A stretch of DNA of 53,473 nucleotides from Dehalococcoidales bacterium (lineage in GTDB: Bacteria > Chloroflexota > Dehalococcoidia > Dehalococcoidales > BS750m-G39). A program made the translations under genes and the position numbers. Location of the stretch: the NCBI GenBank assembly GCA_034409905.1, contig DAOUMR010000080.1, positions 1 through 53,473 on the forward strand. Direction: 5' to 3'. This document shows positions 53,250 through 53,473 of this stretch, piece by piece. The notes below the pieces were generated by a model, which ran no database searches, was not told the origin of the DNA, and saw nothing but the letters and a program-made list of their open reading frames with translations. Numbering within the stretch: the first letter of the stretch is position 1; the number at the start of each line of letters is the position of its first letter.

Positions 53250-53473
53250 AACCCCGCCACCTTGTTTAGCGAAGGTGTGATTTTCCCACCCAATACCCAC
53301 CCTATAAGGTTGGTACCCCTTTTATATCTCCCTGTAGGGTGTGCCCCACCCCTGTATTATCTATTCCCGCCCGCCGCCCTTTTAAGGTAAAGAGGGGCAT
53401 AGCCCCTCTTAAACACCCCAGGGGACGTTAGCTCCACATAATGTTTTGGGGGGTTCTTAAGGGGGGGCGAATT
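53250..53473. repeat. Mosaic repeat cluster R14 (A, X, H, second H truncated by the window end)
   Basis: CCCCGCCACCTTGTTTAGCGAAGGTGTGATTTTCCCACCCAATACCCACCCTATAAGGTTGGTACCCCTTTTATAT... CCCCTGTATTATCTATTCCCGCCCGCCGCCCTTTTAAGGTAAAGAGGGGCATAGCCCCTCTTAAACACCCC. Confidence 0.85.

Overview
53.5-kb chromosomal segment of a bacterium that looks GC-rich by eye, with GGAGG-type ribosome binding sites and TTGACA/TATAAT-type promoters. The phylum cannot be proven from the sequence. My low-confidence guess is a Chloroflexota/Dehalococcoidia-like lineage. Content is mostly housekeeping: 3' end of rnj, ftsK, uvrB, dodecin, yebC-ruvC-ruvA, acpS, uvrC plus a DRG-type GTPase, xerC/D, pcm, an EF-G paralog, two ABC-2 exporters, etfB-etfA, prfA-prmC, mrp, yggS, five tRNAs (Asn; Phe-Gly-Leu-Gln cluster), a split pantothenate set (panC ... 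panB-panD-panG-like), pyrE, lepB and ribD-ribE-ribBA-ribH. I saw no rRNA, CRISPR array, transposase or prophage genes. Main observations: (1) A mosaic intergenic repeat family fills at least 14 spacers, roughly 3.5 kb by hand tally. It is built from a few reusable modules. One module carries a hairpin whose stem sequence changes while staying palindromic, next to a conserved four-tract C3/G3 (G-quadruplex / i-motif type) motif. (2) A promoter, a roughly 140-nt leader and an intrinsic terminator sit directly upstream of panG-like/panD/panB, which suggests a pan-type riboregulator. (3) Three AT-rich patches carry orphan genes: 3605-4199; 7105-8260, next to a membrane-anchored resolvase-like endonuclease downstream of ruvA; and 41020-41660, a SLATT/DUF4231-like 2-TM protein with an operator-like inverted repeat, next to a DUF1353 gene. 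(4) The signal peptidase I has Cys at the nucleophile Ser position, and the EF-G paralog has Tyr in place of the switch II His. (5) Several genes appear leaderless, including ribD, which leaves no room for an FMN riboswitch. All family calls come from reading translated motifs, because no searches could be run. Repeat boundaries are approximate (about +/-10 bp).
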